From Lytechinus pictus (lineage: Eukaryota): DNA of 64,000 nt. The notes beneath the pieces were generated by a model. It worked only from the letters and a program-made list of their open reading frames with translations. It ran no database searches and was not told the DNA's origin. Positions 24,431 to 38,742 of the stretch are shown here, one piece after another. Position 1 is the stretch's first letter. Every line of letters starts with the position of its first letter. The position numbers and the translations under genes were made by a program. Location: the NCBI RefSeq assembly GCF_037042905.1, contig NC_087248.1, positions 3,782,001-3,846,000 on the forward strand, in the 5' to 3' direction.

Positions 24431-27266
24431 CATTACTCCCTCGTGTTTGGTTGGCACAGTAAATTGATTTCGTTCTAAACAGTTTCATATCTTTTTAAAA
24501 ACTGAAAATAACAATAATCTCTGGAAATGAGAAGCAGTCTAAATGTATACAAGAAAAATACGGAGGAATTTCATTACCTTAAAGTTAAGGAATAAATAAA
24601 CAGAGATTATGCTAAGAATATCTTTAAAATACACTGTCATGAATTCAATATGCAAACACCGGCTCTATGCAATTTTGAAGGGAAAGAATGGTTTTATATA
24701 AAACAGATTCCATGAATTTTACAAGAATGATTTTCAATGAATAAATCATGACATACACTATAAACATAGTTTACTTATCGACGTTAAAAACGAGGCCCCT
24801 TCTGCCGTTATGCGATTATCTTATTGCAGCCGAGATTATTATTTGCAAGTTCGATATAATGCAATGAATTGATTTCACTCATTCATATTGATAGAAACAT
24901 CTCCCCCGGGCGGTAGATTTATTGTAACATTTCAATCATAGGCAATATTATTGAAGTTAGATATGAGAGGAGGGAATGAGAAATGTGAGCATCTGTTGGA
25001 CCGTAACTATTTAAATATCTCCTACAACTAACACTAATAAATATATTTGTTTACATGCAAGTATATTGTATTTTTATTTCCTATACATTTGATGAATACA
25101 ACTAGCATGACTTAATGATTTTTTTGCTCTTGTTAATGATGTTAAATTGGCATTGATGGGTATGAAGCCGTTCTTAAAACAGCATATGTGTATATATTGC
25201 GTTTGATGGAATAATATAATGGTCTTTATTGATACATCAAAAACATTCCTTGCAGCCAAAGGCTAAATCGCACATGCTCATACAATGTGAAAAGATTCAC
25301 ATATAAAATTGACAAAACTGCAAACAAATAAGATATATTATATGGATGAAAAAAACAGCCAGTCAATACATAGTAAAGAGTGAACTCCATTCGACCTTGC
25401 AAAAGTGTAACCAGAAAAAAATGAATAAATGAGAGTGGCGATATGGAATTAGGTTGATCAAACAGCATAAGACATCAATAAGTTTTTAACACATTTGGGA
25501 ACAGAAACAGTATGAAATTTTTTGCTTTCGTGACAGAAATATTCGATTTGGAATGCATGGACAATACATTTAAGGTTCATCTTTTTCTTCGTTTTCTGTG
25601 CATCATTATAACTGCTAATAATCCCTACCGATGATAGATCATTAGAATAAGTATGATTAACTTATTTTGCCAAATATACAATTAAAAAAAAAAGCTTTGA
25701 TTGATAAAGAATATCTTGCCATAACCCTCCGTACATAAAATATTCTGTGTCTGCCAAATGAATGGTGTGTTCTTGTTTTGGTATCGAAACGATGATTCAT
25801 CGATGAATATATCAAGTTAGAGGCCAGTCAAAAAGATGGTGCTTTTAAATTCATTATTATTAAAGAAAATAATCATGCCCTCTATATCAGCTTGGATGCT
25901 GGCCCATATGAATTCTGAATAAATGTTAATTAATTCAACTACTGAAACGAATGTTTGTGGTTAACTAAGCAAGTCCATCTCCATTCGATGAGAAATAATA
26001 AGCTGTTAATGTTAACCTGGTGCTGTATGAGGTTCTTTTTTCTAATAATGATCATAGATTTAGTTACAAAATATAAACAATTTATATTAATTCAAATGAT
26101 ATTTCGATTTTTAAGATATATGTAGGCAAAATATATGTTTCATGAAAATCATATGAGTAACATGCACTATGTAATAACAATGCCTTATTACAAAACATAT
26201 ATATTTTTCGTTTTTAATCATCACTTATTATTTTTAAAGTACAGGTTTAAAATGCAAACAATTTAGTGCATTGGAACGTACTTGCAGTCCTTTTTAAGTG
26301 CTTTATCTCAGTATAGAAACATCGCCCCTGGAAACTGAATCGCTTCAATTCCGTATAAAGCTTCGATTTTCCATCTTGCGAAAACATTTTGAGAAACGAA
26401 TTCAGTTTGATGAGGCTGCTAATAAAGACAATATTTGCTTTCTGACGCCAAGGAATAATTTCAAATCAAATCACATAAATGCTTCCTCAGCTAAACTCAC
26501 ACAATCTGATCGTATTTTATGCGCCGACACACAGAAACCCTCACACAATATTACACACTCGCATAAACGCACGCAATAACCCACACATGTTGAACAGTTT
26601 TTCGGTGAAAACCTCTCTTCTGATAACTGCTAAGTGTCGTAAAACAGGATTGCTTTTACTTCGATTCTCTATCTCTCTCCATCTCTTCCCCCACTTAATT
26701 TCCTTCTTTCTTCCCTTCTCATATTTTATAAACTAATAGAATCGCTTGGAAAGATTTCGCAGGATCATTGCTGTGAGAGGTTTCTCAAAATTATAGCATG
26801 TGGTTGGTGTTCCATAATGATGCAGCGTTAATGCACTCTAATGATATATTAACATGACTCATGATCAACTTTCCCAGGGCTGGCTATTATGAAACATTAT
26901 GCATCCATGCATGTATGCTCTCTTTAATATCAATAATATCAGTAAGAGACCGCGGAGTTCAAAAGAACTGTCTTTATATCGAGCTTGTCGCATAAATCAA
27001 TGATGTCGCAAAAAAATATTGGTATCGATCACTATTGCTAAGAAATTATTCACAGTGTTATATAGGAATCATCCATAGACATGACATATGTTTTTGTCCA
27101 TACACAGATGACTTCTATTATATGTCTTCATCTAACTCTCTCTCTCCCCCTCTATCTCTATATATCTCTCTCCCCTCTCCTCTCCTCTCTCGCTCTCTCT
27201 CCTCCCTCTGTTGACTATTTATCTGATTTTCTCTCGTTGCACACATTCAAGCATGTAACTTTTTAT

Positions 27267-27727
27267 NNNNNNNNNNNNNNNNNNNNNNNNNNNNNNNNNN
27301 NNNNNNNNNNNNNNNNNNNNNNNNNNNNNNNNNNNNNNNNNNNNNNNNNNNNNNNNNNNNNNNNNNNNNNNNNNNNNNNNNNNNNNNNNNNNNNNNNNNN
27401 NNNNNNNNNNNNNNNNNNNNNNNNNNNNNNNNNNNNNNNNNNNNNNNNNNNNNNNNNNNNNNNNNNNNNNNNNNNNNNNNNNNNNNNNNNNNNNNNNNNN
27501 NNNNNNNNNNNNNNNNNNNNNNNNNNNNNNNNNNNNNNNNNNNNNNNNNNNNNNNNNNNNNNNNNNNCCTTTCTCTTTAATCNNNNNNNNNNNNNNNNNN
27601 NNNNNNNNNNNNNNNNNNNNNNNNNNNNNNNNNNNNNNNNNNNNNNNNNNNNNNNNNNNNNNNNNNNNNNNNNNNNNNNNNNNNNNNNNNNNNNNNNNNN
27701 NNNNNNNNNNNNNNNNNNNNNNNNNNN
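27267..27727. other. Two adjacent assembly gaps (27267-27567, 27583-27727)
   Basis: Runs of N next to a (CT)n tract. Confidence 1.
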
Positions 27728-29512
27728 ATTTTTCATTAATTTGTTGTTACACCTCTTAATATCTCCCAGTCAATTTTTTTTTAATTATATTTGATTCTTA
27801 TTCATCCATTTTCATTCTCATCTGATGCCAATTATACTGTGAGGCCACTTTTTTTTACCATTTCAAAAAACAATTTTCTAAATTAGGTCTGAATAAAATA
27901 TGTAAAGCCGTATCCTGTCAAGCTGTGGTTCGAAATGGAACATCGCGGTTCTATGACTCATTCTACCGGCATCTCTAATTGCTGTCATGAAAAATGATAT
28001 GTTTTGATTCGCGTTGAGCAGAGATGTTGAGCTAGATGGAATTCATGGCTTGCATTTCCATTTAAAACAGGTATATTCCATTAACATGATTAAGATAAAT
28101 CTGCAAAATCATTGTTTCTTTATTCATATAATATAGGAGTAAAAAAGAGAAGATATTTCTGATGAACTTAGAACTTAAGAGATGAGTGAATAATGTCACA
28201 TCCCAGCAATATTTTGTCACAGTTTTATAGCTTTGAAAAAAAATAGCTCTATATTTTACAAGATAATGATAATATAGGAACTGCCTGTTCATTATAGTGT
28301 TTGGTTTCGCTCATAGTTGGCAAAATCATGCAGGGATAAAAATCATAAAATGGTTTTAGTTTATCTACCCAGCAAGTACTTTTAACATTCATTCATATTA
28401 TTTTACAGCTCGAATTTCAATTGGTGCCATGCCTATCAGAAAATAAAATGACTTTGGGATATCTAAAGTGATTCAATTTGAGATATCATAAATCATCACA
28501 GATAATAGATTAATCCCAATAATCTGCACCATAGTGCGGAATCTCACTATCCAAAATTATAAACTCATGTTGTAATGGGTGGCAATTCCCTGGTTTAATG
28601 ATAGGCTTATTTTTACAAGCCCGTAAGACCACTTTCACCTTCTCCTTTTCACTGGATCTGAATTAAAATGACATGGAAAAGGTTTCATCGGTATTTGAAC
28701 TCACCATCCACAAGTTCTGTCATCATTACAATCTCCCGATTATTAAACTGAATATGTTTGATAGGGGAATGATTAAACGAGGATGATGGATCACCCATGT
28801 TCTGTTCTCTTGATGGAAAGACATCGAAAATAACATAGAGAGGGGGGTATTCGGGTGGAGGTGGGGGGTAGATAGAAAAAAGTTATGGGGTGACTGGTGA
28901 ATTGCTGAACCAGACGGATCACGGTAACTAAAAAAAAAGTGTCGCAAATTTATGATAGTGCATGTATTGCAGATTTTTTATTTGTATACCAATAATTATT
29001 CCTGTTATTATAATCTGTTAATATATATATTAGCGGGACCTACATGACTGGCGCTCGCGGATATTTTCCACGTATATCGCGATAATCTCAATCCTGAAAC
29101 GAAAACGGATGTAGAAATACCCATAGATAATGGCTCTTCTTCATCTCCCCCCGGATTTCGTCAAATTATTTGTTCTGTTTTGCTCCCTCCTTCCACGGTT
29201 CCATTACCGGCTTGTCAAGTCTTTTAGTATGAAAAGTGAAGATGGGGGATGCCGGGGAAGTAACGTTTTGTGGCAGTGTCCTATTTATGCAAGTATGAGT
29301 CATCTCAATCGGGGATCACCTAGCTAGCTAGCTTGACTTTATAAAGCCTTCATCCTCCTTACCTTTCTGATAGAGAAATAGAAAGTTAAAGCTGCAGTAC
29401 TATGTTGAGTATTTCAGGATAAAAAAAATATTGCACGAAAAAAATTTAATGTAAAAATTTAATGCTTAACTCCGAGTATCTTTGACAATGAAGGGTACAG
29501 AAATTCGGTTAA

Positions 29513-29544
<32 letters not shown>

Positions 29545-29993
29545 TGGAAGACTGATGATGATTGATTAGGAAACTGGAAATTAATGGAATATGTCGGAGA
29601 ATCCTTTTATCTCTCTCTACTTTTCATATTTGCTTTCATATTTTAAATTTTGATAAATAAAAATGCAAAATGTGCCAAACTATAGCATTGTAGACCTCGT
29701 TAAAAACACCAAATTTTCTTTACTTTAACCGACGCGAATAGGATGACATTTTTTAAATGAGATATTCTACGAATAGTGAAGGTTTAGCATATTGATTATT
29801 TCTTTTGACCTCGATTTCGGATTCAAGCCAAGCCATGTGGGATGTATACACATTCACCACTCCGTGTGGAGTGTTCCATTTATGCACATAGGCATTCACA
29901 ATCAAACTGATGAGCATCATTATATAAACCTCCTGGATACGATCCAAAGACTGACAGCTATAGGTGGAAGGCCTATGGGTATAGAAATGGCCA

Positions 29994-30370
29994 ACCCCTT
30001 TCATAAACCTATCCTCCAATTAGCCGCCTAAGAGTAATGCGGATAATTCAATAAAAATTGCGTTCACAAACTCCGAAAATAAGCCGCATTATTTTTACGA
30101 GCGCCCGTCCTGAAAAGGCGGATAATCGTCATGACAACTGGACACGCCCCCTCCGATGCGGTTGTGTTTGAAAAGGGTGACCTTGTGACCGCACCATGGC
30201 AATTATCCGCATTATTTGGAAATGCGTTCATAAACTCAAAATCTTGTCCCAATGCTGCTATTATGCGGATAATAGCAGCATCAGAATAATGCGGATAACT
30301 CTGGTCCTCCTCCAATTTTACGACCAAATTATGCTGCTATTAGCCGCATAATTGGGTTTATGAAAGGGGT
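29994..30370. mobile_element. MITE with 16-bp terminal inverted repeats
   Basis: acccctttcataaacc ... ggtttatgaaaggggt, with a recurrent internal gcggataa/ttatccgc motif. Confidence 0.8.
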
Positions 30371-31912
30371 AATAGATTAGTACGTAATGTATTATACTTT
30401 GATCTTGCAAAGAACTGTTCAGTTGCCGATGTGCCTTCATCTCAATCTGTTTTTTACTGAATCTACTGGTTCAACTAAAGAGGTATGACGATTTAAACCT
30501 CTGCCTCTGATCAATAAGTCTATCTGAAAAGAGATGTCATCAATCTGTAATTTTAATAAGCCCCCAAACGATTGATGATATACTGCACTGGCGCCTAAGA
30601 TTGACGCCATGTTTGACATTTTATACCCTACTGTTCTCACTAAAATTCCCATGTTACCTTTACCGAGGCAAGTGTCCTCCCCTGAAAAAGGTAGTAACAT
30701 GTCTTCGAAGGCCTGATGCGAATGATCTTGAATCTATCTATATACAGATGGAAACCAGACTGGGGTTTTTCAGAAGAAAAATATATAATTAACCGTGTCA
30801 TTACATTTGTGATGTTCGTATTTCCAAAGCCAACATTTAAAAGCGTTTTGTGACTTCATAGGGGATAACTTGGTTTCCTTAACTTTTGAACTATGAATAA
30901 TTCGATTCTGTTTAAAAATGTGACACCTCTTGTAAATTCAATGAAATAAAAGTTATTGGATTTAAGAGTAGTTAGTGGTGCGAATGGCCTATCATATAAG
31001 TATAAACGAATATTGAACCACATATCTACGTCTATTCTGTTTCCACGTCTAACCAATGTGATATAATGGCGTTAAGATGGTATTATGAGTCACACCATTG
31101 TTCAAAAACAATCTTGTGATAAAGATAAGATATCGATGCATGAGATCTATTACTGTGTTGGTCTATCCAGAGACACCCCTCTATCAACTTTTCGTACGTT
31201 TGTACGATGTCTAGTACGATACGTATCATCCTTATCGACCTGTTCTGAAGCAACACCACGGCGTCGATACGACGCGTCGTTTCGACATAATCATGATTAT
31301 GGCATTGAGACATGAAAAATGTCAATATCCGTATGTCCTATATCAAAACGTCCTACATTCATACTTCGTACATCAATTCGTTGTATATTAATGAAAGAAG
31401 ACCCCGACTGTAAAGGTGTATGGATAAAGCATAACTTTAAATAAAGTGGTCAGAACATTCCTTCGCTTCCCGTCATTTCGTCTGCCACGGGGACATTCAA
31501 ATAAAGAGACATTTCGTGAATTTCTATGAATAAAAGAGGAGAGACCATATAATTCCGTGGAGAAATCAAGAAAGGCAATTCCTCCAGCATCAATACTTGA
31601 CCCTATTGATAGAATGCAGAACACGAACTAATTGCTCATGCAACAGGACGACAGGTTTCCGTGTTTCAAAGATTTATGACTCAGCCTTTGGGAACATATA
31701 GCGCGTTTAGACGGTTTTGAGGGCATTCACAAAGATATAAATGTCATATAGAATAATCGTATGAAACGATTCCTAAATCATTTTTTAGTTGAATAAGAGC
31801 ATTCAAACAATTAAAAAAGTCCTGCATCCATATGTCTGAAAAAGGTGTGAGATTCCATTAAACACTGTAAAGATGTATTGGCATAGCATAAAATGGGGTA
31901 AGAAGATTTATA

Positions 31913-32066
31913 CCTCTGTCACATTTCCCCTACGGCGGCCGTGCGGCGAGTCGAAAACAGCCGTCTTATTATTTTTTTATTCAAACCACCTATGTAGCCG
32001 GTACAAAAAATCAAACGGCTGTTTTCGACTCGCCGTACGGCCACCGTAGAGCAAATGTGACTGAGG
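31913..32066. mobile_element. Palindromic ~155-bp MITE
   Basis: cctctgtcacattt...cggcgagtcgaaaacagccgt pairs with acggctgttttcgactcgccg...aaatgtgactgagg. Confidence 0.85.
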
Positions 32067-32210
32067 AATTAGGAAGGATCGGTCGATATAACCGTTTATA
32101 GATATTGTCATTGAGCATAATGCTATGTGGATTGTTTGTTATTGTATAACGTAAATGTTAACGCTAATATTAACATTAATATGAAAGTCATATATATCTG
32201 GATATATTAA

Positions 32211-32813
32211 AGGTCAAGTCCACCTCAGAAAAATGTTGATTTGAATCAATAGAGAAAAATCAGACAAGCATAATGCTGAAAATTTCATCAAAATCGGATG
32301 TAAAATAAGAAAGTTATGACATTTCAAAGTTTCGCTTATTTTTAACAAAATAGTTATATGAACGGGCCAGTTACATCCAAATGAGAGAGTCGATGATGTC
32401 ACTCACTCACTATTTCTTTTGTTTTTTATTGTTTGAATTATACCATATTTCAATTTTTACGAATTTGATGATTAGGACCTCCTTGCCTGAAGCACAAAAT
32501 GTTGAAATAATGGAATTCCACGTTTTCAGGGAGGAATGAAACTTCATTTCACATGACAATGACGAGAAAATAAAAATATTTCATATTTCATACAATAAAA
32601 TACAAAAGAAATAGTGAGTGAGTGATGTCATCAGTTCACTCATTTGCATACCGACCGAGATGTGCATATAACTGTTTTGTGAAATGAAGCGAAACTTTAA
32701 AATATCATAACTTTCTTATTTTACATCCGATTTTGATGAAATTTTCAGTGTTATGCTTGTTGAAATTTTCTCTTTTTATTCAAATCAAGTTTTTGTTGGG
32801 GTGGACTTGTCCT
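32211..32813. mobile_element. Kolobok-like MITE with long TIRs and TTAA TSD
   Basis: TTAA|aggtcaagtccacc ... ggtggacttgtcct|TTAA. The inverted similarity extends roughly 200 bp. Confidence 0.88.
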
Positions 32814-32839
32814 TTAACTAAATACCACATAGTTGATCT

Positions 32840-33240
32840 TATCATGAAATTAATCATCATCTTTATCATTATCATCATCTTTATCATTATCATCATCGTC
32901 ATCATCGTCATTGTCATCATCATAATCATCATCTTTATCAAAATCATCATCATCGCCGTCATCGTCATCATATTTGTCTTCGCTATTTGTCGTCGCTATC
33001 GTCATCTTCATCAAATTTTCGTGGTAATTGTTGTCATCTTAACCATCCTCGCCATCATCACCGCCACGGTATTTTCTATCCTTATTACGATGACATCTCT
33101 GACAAAATACAACTTTATCCGTGGAATTAATTGCGCCACTTCACATACTTCATCATTACCACTGCCATACCACAATCACCTTTGCCAGCACCATCACCAC
33201 CACTCTCACCGTCATCACAATCTTCCAATCAATCAATTCA
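32840..33240. repeat. Degenerate (ATC)n microsatellite
   Basis: Seen directly; explains the spurious Ile-rich ORF. Confidence 0.85.
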
Positions 33241-34811
33241 ATGAATCATATATAACGTCAAAAGATATCACTTTATCTCCACCAGGCACCACAAAAATAA
33301 TAATAAACGCAAGGAAACAATAGAGAGTAACAAAACAAAAACAATCGCCAAAGCAATAATAAAAAAAACCCAATACAGCATTATGTTAGGACTTCCAATA
33401 CAAAGTATAAAACTAAAACATAAAACGGCTATGACATTCGACAATTTCTGCATTTGCTTTTGATTTTAAGAGGAAGGTGAAAACAAGACCTTGACAAAGG
33501 TTCGTCACCTCATTTAAGAGTGTTAAACCTTTAATGTAGAGCAATGACTCATACTACACACCTTGATAAAGTGGATGCTAGAGGAGGGCATACATGAATA
33601 TGCCTGCTGCATCCTGGTTTGTGAACAGGTCGATGAAAGCGGTGTCCATTAGTTTGTTTTTCATTTTAAGGAGGATCAGGAGAAAGGGATGGAGAACACC
33701 ACTTGATGCACGAGAGGAGAGGGTATTCGAAAAGAGGAATTGTAGGTTGGGGGGTAATGATCTACAGTCACATCAATGAAACCGATTCCAAAACGGCCGA
33801 TAGTATATGCCATTGGTAATAATGGAGTAGGCATTGTCGGTCAGGAGACTGTTTAGCTTGTGTGACTGTAGATTGAGCTTAACAGAATGGAAAAAAGTAG
33901 GTTGATAATGTATACAGAAATTTTTAGAGGAGGGAGGCATCGGAAAAAGAGCTAGATAAGAGTAAGGTAGATGAGTGTATGTGTGTGTGGGGGGGGGGGG
34001 GGGCGGAAACACAAACATACAGATGGGCAGACAAGCTAAGCCAGAAAGACACGCGAATAGGAAGAAGATAGAGACAGGAAGGGAAAGGGATATCTTTAAA
34101 ATGAGGTGAGCATGCTGAAAGAATGATATAAGAGAAAAGGAAGACCGAAAGGGGGAATGAATGGCAAAGGGCTCGGAAACGGACAGGATGGAATAACATG
34201 TTGGATGAAGAATGGGGGGGGGGGGGTGATCTCTTGGGAGACAAAAAATCAGTGTGTGTCGATAACCCCCGCTGGCGGGGGGGGGGGGGTTAAGTCTTGA
34301 CCAGTGTCGTTCGTAACTCGGGATGCATGCCAATCAATCCATGGACCAATTTTGAAGTAATAGTTTCATGCTAATTTATTCGGAATGTGATAGAAATACA
34401 CTCAGCAGATACTATCAAAACATTCTCTGTGCGCTTATGAAAATTGATCGATGGATTGTGGTTTTAATTCTCGAAGCATGGCTGTTTATTTTTGCTTTCC
34501 ATTTGTCTTCAGGCGTTTTGTTTCGATTTATACAGAGAAATTAGGATGGTCATGATGGTGGCGGACATTACACTGTCGAATGGAGAGAAGCGAGATTACT
34601 ATCTTGCAAGTAACAGTGCCACGGCTATTATGACTTATTTGAAAATTAAATCAGGGTTATCAAATCCAAATCGAAAAAAAGATATCCCGCATCAATTCCA
34701 TTATTACAAAATACAAAATGGAAAATATGTATGTTCCCCCAAAGAGTTATATTTATTGAATGGAAATAAATTCTTCATCTATTCAGTAATTCACACCACG
34801 CAATACATTCT

Positions 34812-35292
34812 AAGTCTACCCTTATGAACTGTTTATTTGAATATATAGAAAAGAAAAGCCGAATATTTCATCAAATTCGGATATAAAGGTAGAAATGTAT
34901 ATGCCCTATTTCATAATCATATGCTTAACATGAAGGTTCTAGCAATAGGTCCTTGGTTCTAGTGATGTCACATGACCTAAATTTACAATGTGGTTTGACT
35001 GCCCTTTTAATAAGTGAGTGTCATGAGTATTGTTACTTATTCAACAATAAAATCAGATTTTTTAGTTTAATGAAAAAGATATGTACATCCATATTACAGT
35101 ATCATGAAATACAAAATAATCAGTGTGACGTTTATTAATCTCTCATAGTCTCATTTGCTTTTCGCATGCGTAATGCATAATCTTTGTGAAATAAAGCAGA
35201 AGTTTTAATGCATCAATTTTTCATTCTAAATTCGATGAGATGTTGTTTTCTATTAATACAAGTCAACTTGCTGTTGAGTTGGACTTGACCTA
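34812..35292. mobile_element. Degenerate copy of the 32211 MITE family
   Basis: aagtctaccc...tttgaat...aatatttcatcaaattcgga at the left and ggacttgacct at the right. Confidence 0.45.
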
Positions 35293-38200
35293 TTTGACGG
35301 AATGAAGTGTATGTGCTATTAGCAGGCCTATTATTTGCATAATGCCCAACTCAAATCAAATAAAATATTCAACGAATGAATAAAATAAAAATTGTAGAGC
35401 CTTGGACAGTAGTGTATTTTGACATGATGAGGGCAATGGTAAGGTAAAGTAAGGTCATTTTATTTTCAGAATAAAAAAGGTAGATTGTTACACGTCCTAT
35501 TTATTGCTTTCCCTTCCGAGCCTTTCTTACTGTCCTTGTTCCCCCTTCCCCCCTCACTAATAAAATCTTAAGGTGTGTGGTAGCCGCATGAAGTAAGACA
35601 TTTACATCAAAATAAAACGGGCAATTGTATACTTCATACAACAAACTGTTCTTATAATTAATACCTACTGAGTTGGGAGTCCCGATTTTTGTTTAAATAT
35701 ATTTCTTAATCAATAATTACAATCGCCACCAAATAAATAAAACAAAACAAAAATAGAAAACATAAATGTGGGTCGCTCAGCCAACTTCTTGAAAACGAAA
35801 CTGATGTTGAACCCATAACTTTAGTAGGCCTACATACCCCAACTTGAACTATACAAAGGGTCACTTCCTGGTCATTCTGCCTTGTTGACCATTCGATTTC
35901 TGACCCTGAGGCGATGTCACCTATTGTCGTCATCGCCGTTAATTAATTTTTGTTTATTTTCTCAACGGACACTCGATCTCGCATTCGACCACAGCCTCGA
36001 GGGTCTTCCGGGGTTGGGGTTCATCATGGAAGTCCAGTTTGGCTTCGAGGAGGGAAGTGATTATCGACGGAATTCGGAAGAGCAAGTCGAAACTTGTCGC
36101 AGTTTTCTATACCTTCTTTCTTTTTTATGTTCTATTTATATTGTTATTACATATAAGTTGTGATGAATAAAATAGACAAATCGATTTAACCCACGACCTA
36201 TTTTATAAGAACACTCGATGCTGGGAAGAAGAATCTGGAGTGTTTTGAAAATTGATGAAAACGTGACACGGCCTACTTTCATTATGATCTTTCATGGCGC
36301 CTACACTTTAAATTGGCCATGTTACTGTGTCATTGTCAGCGGAACGATAGCTCAATACTGATTCTGGAATTATTATAATTTTCCCTTAATATTTGCTTCT
36401 TATTCACCTCAAGCCTCTCAGTTTTGTACAGATCACTATTTTGCACTATTGGATCTGCCCTCTTTAGATTAAACATAGTTATGTATAATCACTCTTGTTT
36501 GCTCTTGGTGCCATGAGCCTAATTACACCAGGAGGGCTTAAGATATTCGTTCGACCCAACCCATTCGATTTTTTTCAATTTGATATTGCTGATTGACAAA
36601 AGTGTATGAATATGGTTCAAAATCTAACACTGATTTTAGAAATGGTAACTACTGAACTTCCTTTGCCCAAATTGGGAAGATATATCAATGATTTGGAACT
36701 ATTTTTTGACTGGCGAAAGAATTTGGGCTATTTTACTGTTTCAGTTGATGAATTTGATTCCATCATAGTTATCTTCATAAATGGCGATTTATTTTTAAAA
36801 TGAGCTTGCTACGATACCCTTCTCTGGTCAGATATGGAATGTCAGATATATATCCTATCCAAAGGTAGTAACATTTGACCCTCTAATTTCACATTTATTT
36901 TTTATGAATTTTTCTTAAGTGCCATTTTAACACACAAGTCTATGGGGAATGTTTTACGCGGTGACACCTCTTATCCCACATTGTTTCATATAATTCTGAG
37001 GACACATTGGCCTAGAATATTTGATAATCATTTTCTACCACTCTGCTGGCTGGATTTAGTATTTCTTATTATCAAGCTTAAATTGGCCGTCACAATGTAT
37101 TACATAGAGTAAATATAATATTGAAATATATCCTTCTGATTTTCTTTCGGTAGTTGTCCCCAATGGCCTCCAGATATTAATATCTACGATTGTTAATCCT
37201 CTATACGCTTTTTATCTTAACTCTAATTTATCTTGTTTATTTCTTGTTATTATTAATGATCCATAGAATGCTGCAAATGTTTTTATTTTATATGATAAAA
37301 ACAATATGAATGCATTTCAGTTACCATGGCAGTGACAGTTTTCAGTAGCCGCTTTGTAGAGGACAGTGTGCTCGTTTAGATATTAAACCCCCTTAATTCT
37401 GTCTTTCTTTTATAATGTAAATACTCTTCGGTCAAATATGTAGAAATGTCTGATTTGAGGGTGAAAATATTTGTCCTTTTCTTTGAAAGGCATTTGTGTT
37501 TAAATTCTACAGGTCTCTTAACAGAAATGTACAAGTGGGCGTAGGAATATTGACCTCTTATATCCATATTTGTTTTTCACGGACGTCTCGTCAAAGAGCG
37601 AGGATATTTCTTTTTCTCTTCAAAAATATTAGTACGTCCTACTTATTTAAAAGTAAAATCACCACATGAAAGGAGCGAAGGGTGACAACACAATGAATAT
37701 TCGATTTACAATAATAACCCTTAATAGTTTAAATCGTGATTCGAGCTTTCATACAATCCAGCATCTTCAAAATGTATATGACAGATGGGAAATTAATGGT
37801 CACTCCTCATTGCATTTTGACTGGTAATTTTTGAGTTCTAAAACTGATTCTTATCCATGCTTCAAAACTTTTAACCAGACAGTCTAAGCTGAAATGATCA
37901 ACTATTTGAAGTCGATATTATTTTTTCAATATATGGTTACACTCGAAACGGCACTCTTCATATATGTTCACAGATTTCTTGAAAGCGTTTACGATTACAT
38001 ATTAAACATAAAACTGTAAACAATCGAAAAGGAATACCTTATTAGGCAAATTTTATTCCGAATAATATTGACAATGAGTTTGTCGTATTCTACTTGAGGT
38101 GATATTACAAGTATATTCCGAAAATACAATATTTCACAGAATAATAATATAAGAGCGAAATTGTATGATTGAAAACAATCAGTCATATAAATTAATCATT

Positions 38201-38742
38201 AAAACAAAATAAAAACTGACTACTCAAAAGTTTCCAGTGAAAGGTATAAAATAATATATTGTTATGTTACCTTGATATAGTCTGTAATAAATAATACAGA
38301 AGGATCTTTCATATTACATTGTATAATCAGATGTCATCAGAAACGAAAATAGACATACATAGTTTACTTGTCTCCTGGCAGAAATCATAAGTAACTATAA
38401 TTGAATAGATAGGTAACTGTGATCAATCAAATAGTATTAGTGACTTTCTGCCAAATTATTCATAAATATGCCCGGATTCCATTTTAAAATGTTAATATTC
38501 GTTCTAGTTCCGGATTCTTAGAGCCCAATCCCCACGTTGTGACTTTCATGAAACTGAGTTGTGATATTTTATAGTCAATTTATCAATAAAAGAAAAGTTA
38601 TTTAGGATCGCCACGTAACCCTAGGTGGATACTAAGAACCAGAGTTAAACCGTAAAACGTCAAAATGTCTCCAGTTTGTCCAATTTCCTGGTAAGATCTT
38701 CCCAATGTTGTACCCCAGTGCGCATGCGTCCCTCGGGTAAAG

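Noticed and set aside
32733-33323. 196-aa hydrophobic ORF resembling a membrane protein
   Set aside because: It is the translation of a MITE end plus an (ATC)n microsatellite.
36370-37270. Possible ancient LINE remnant
   Set aside because: No diagnostic RT or endonuclease motif could be read with confidence.
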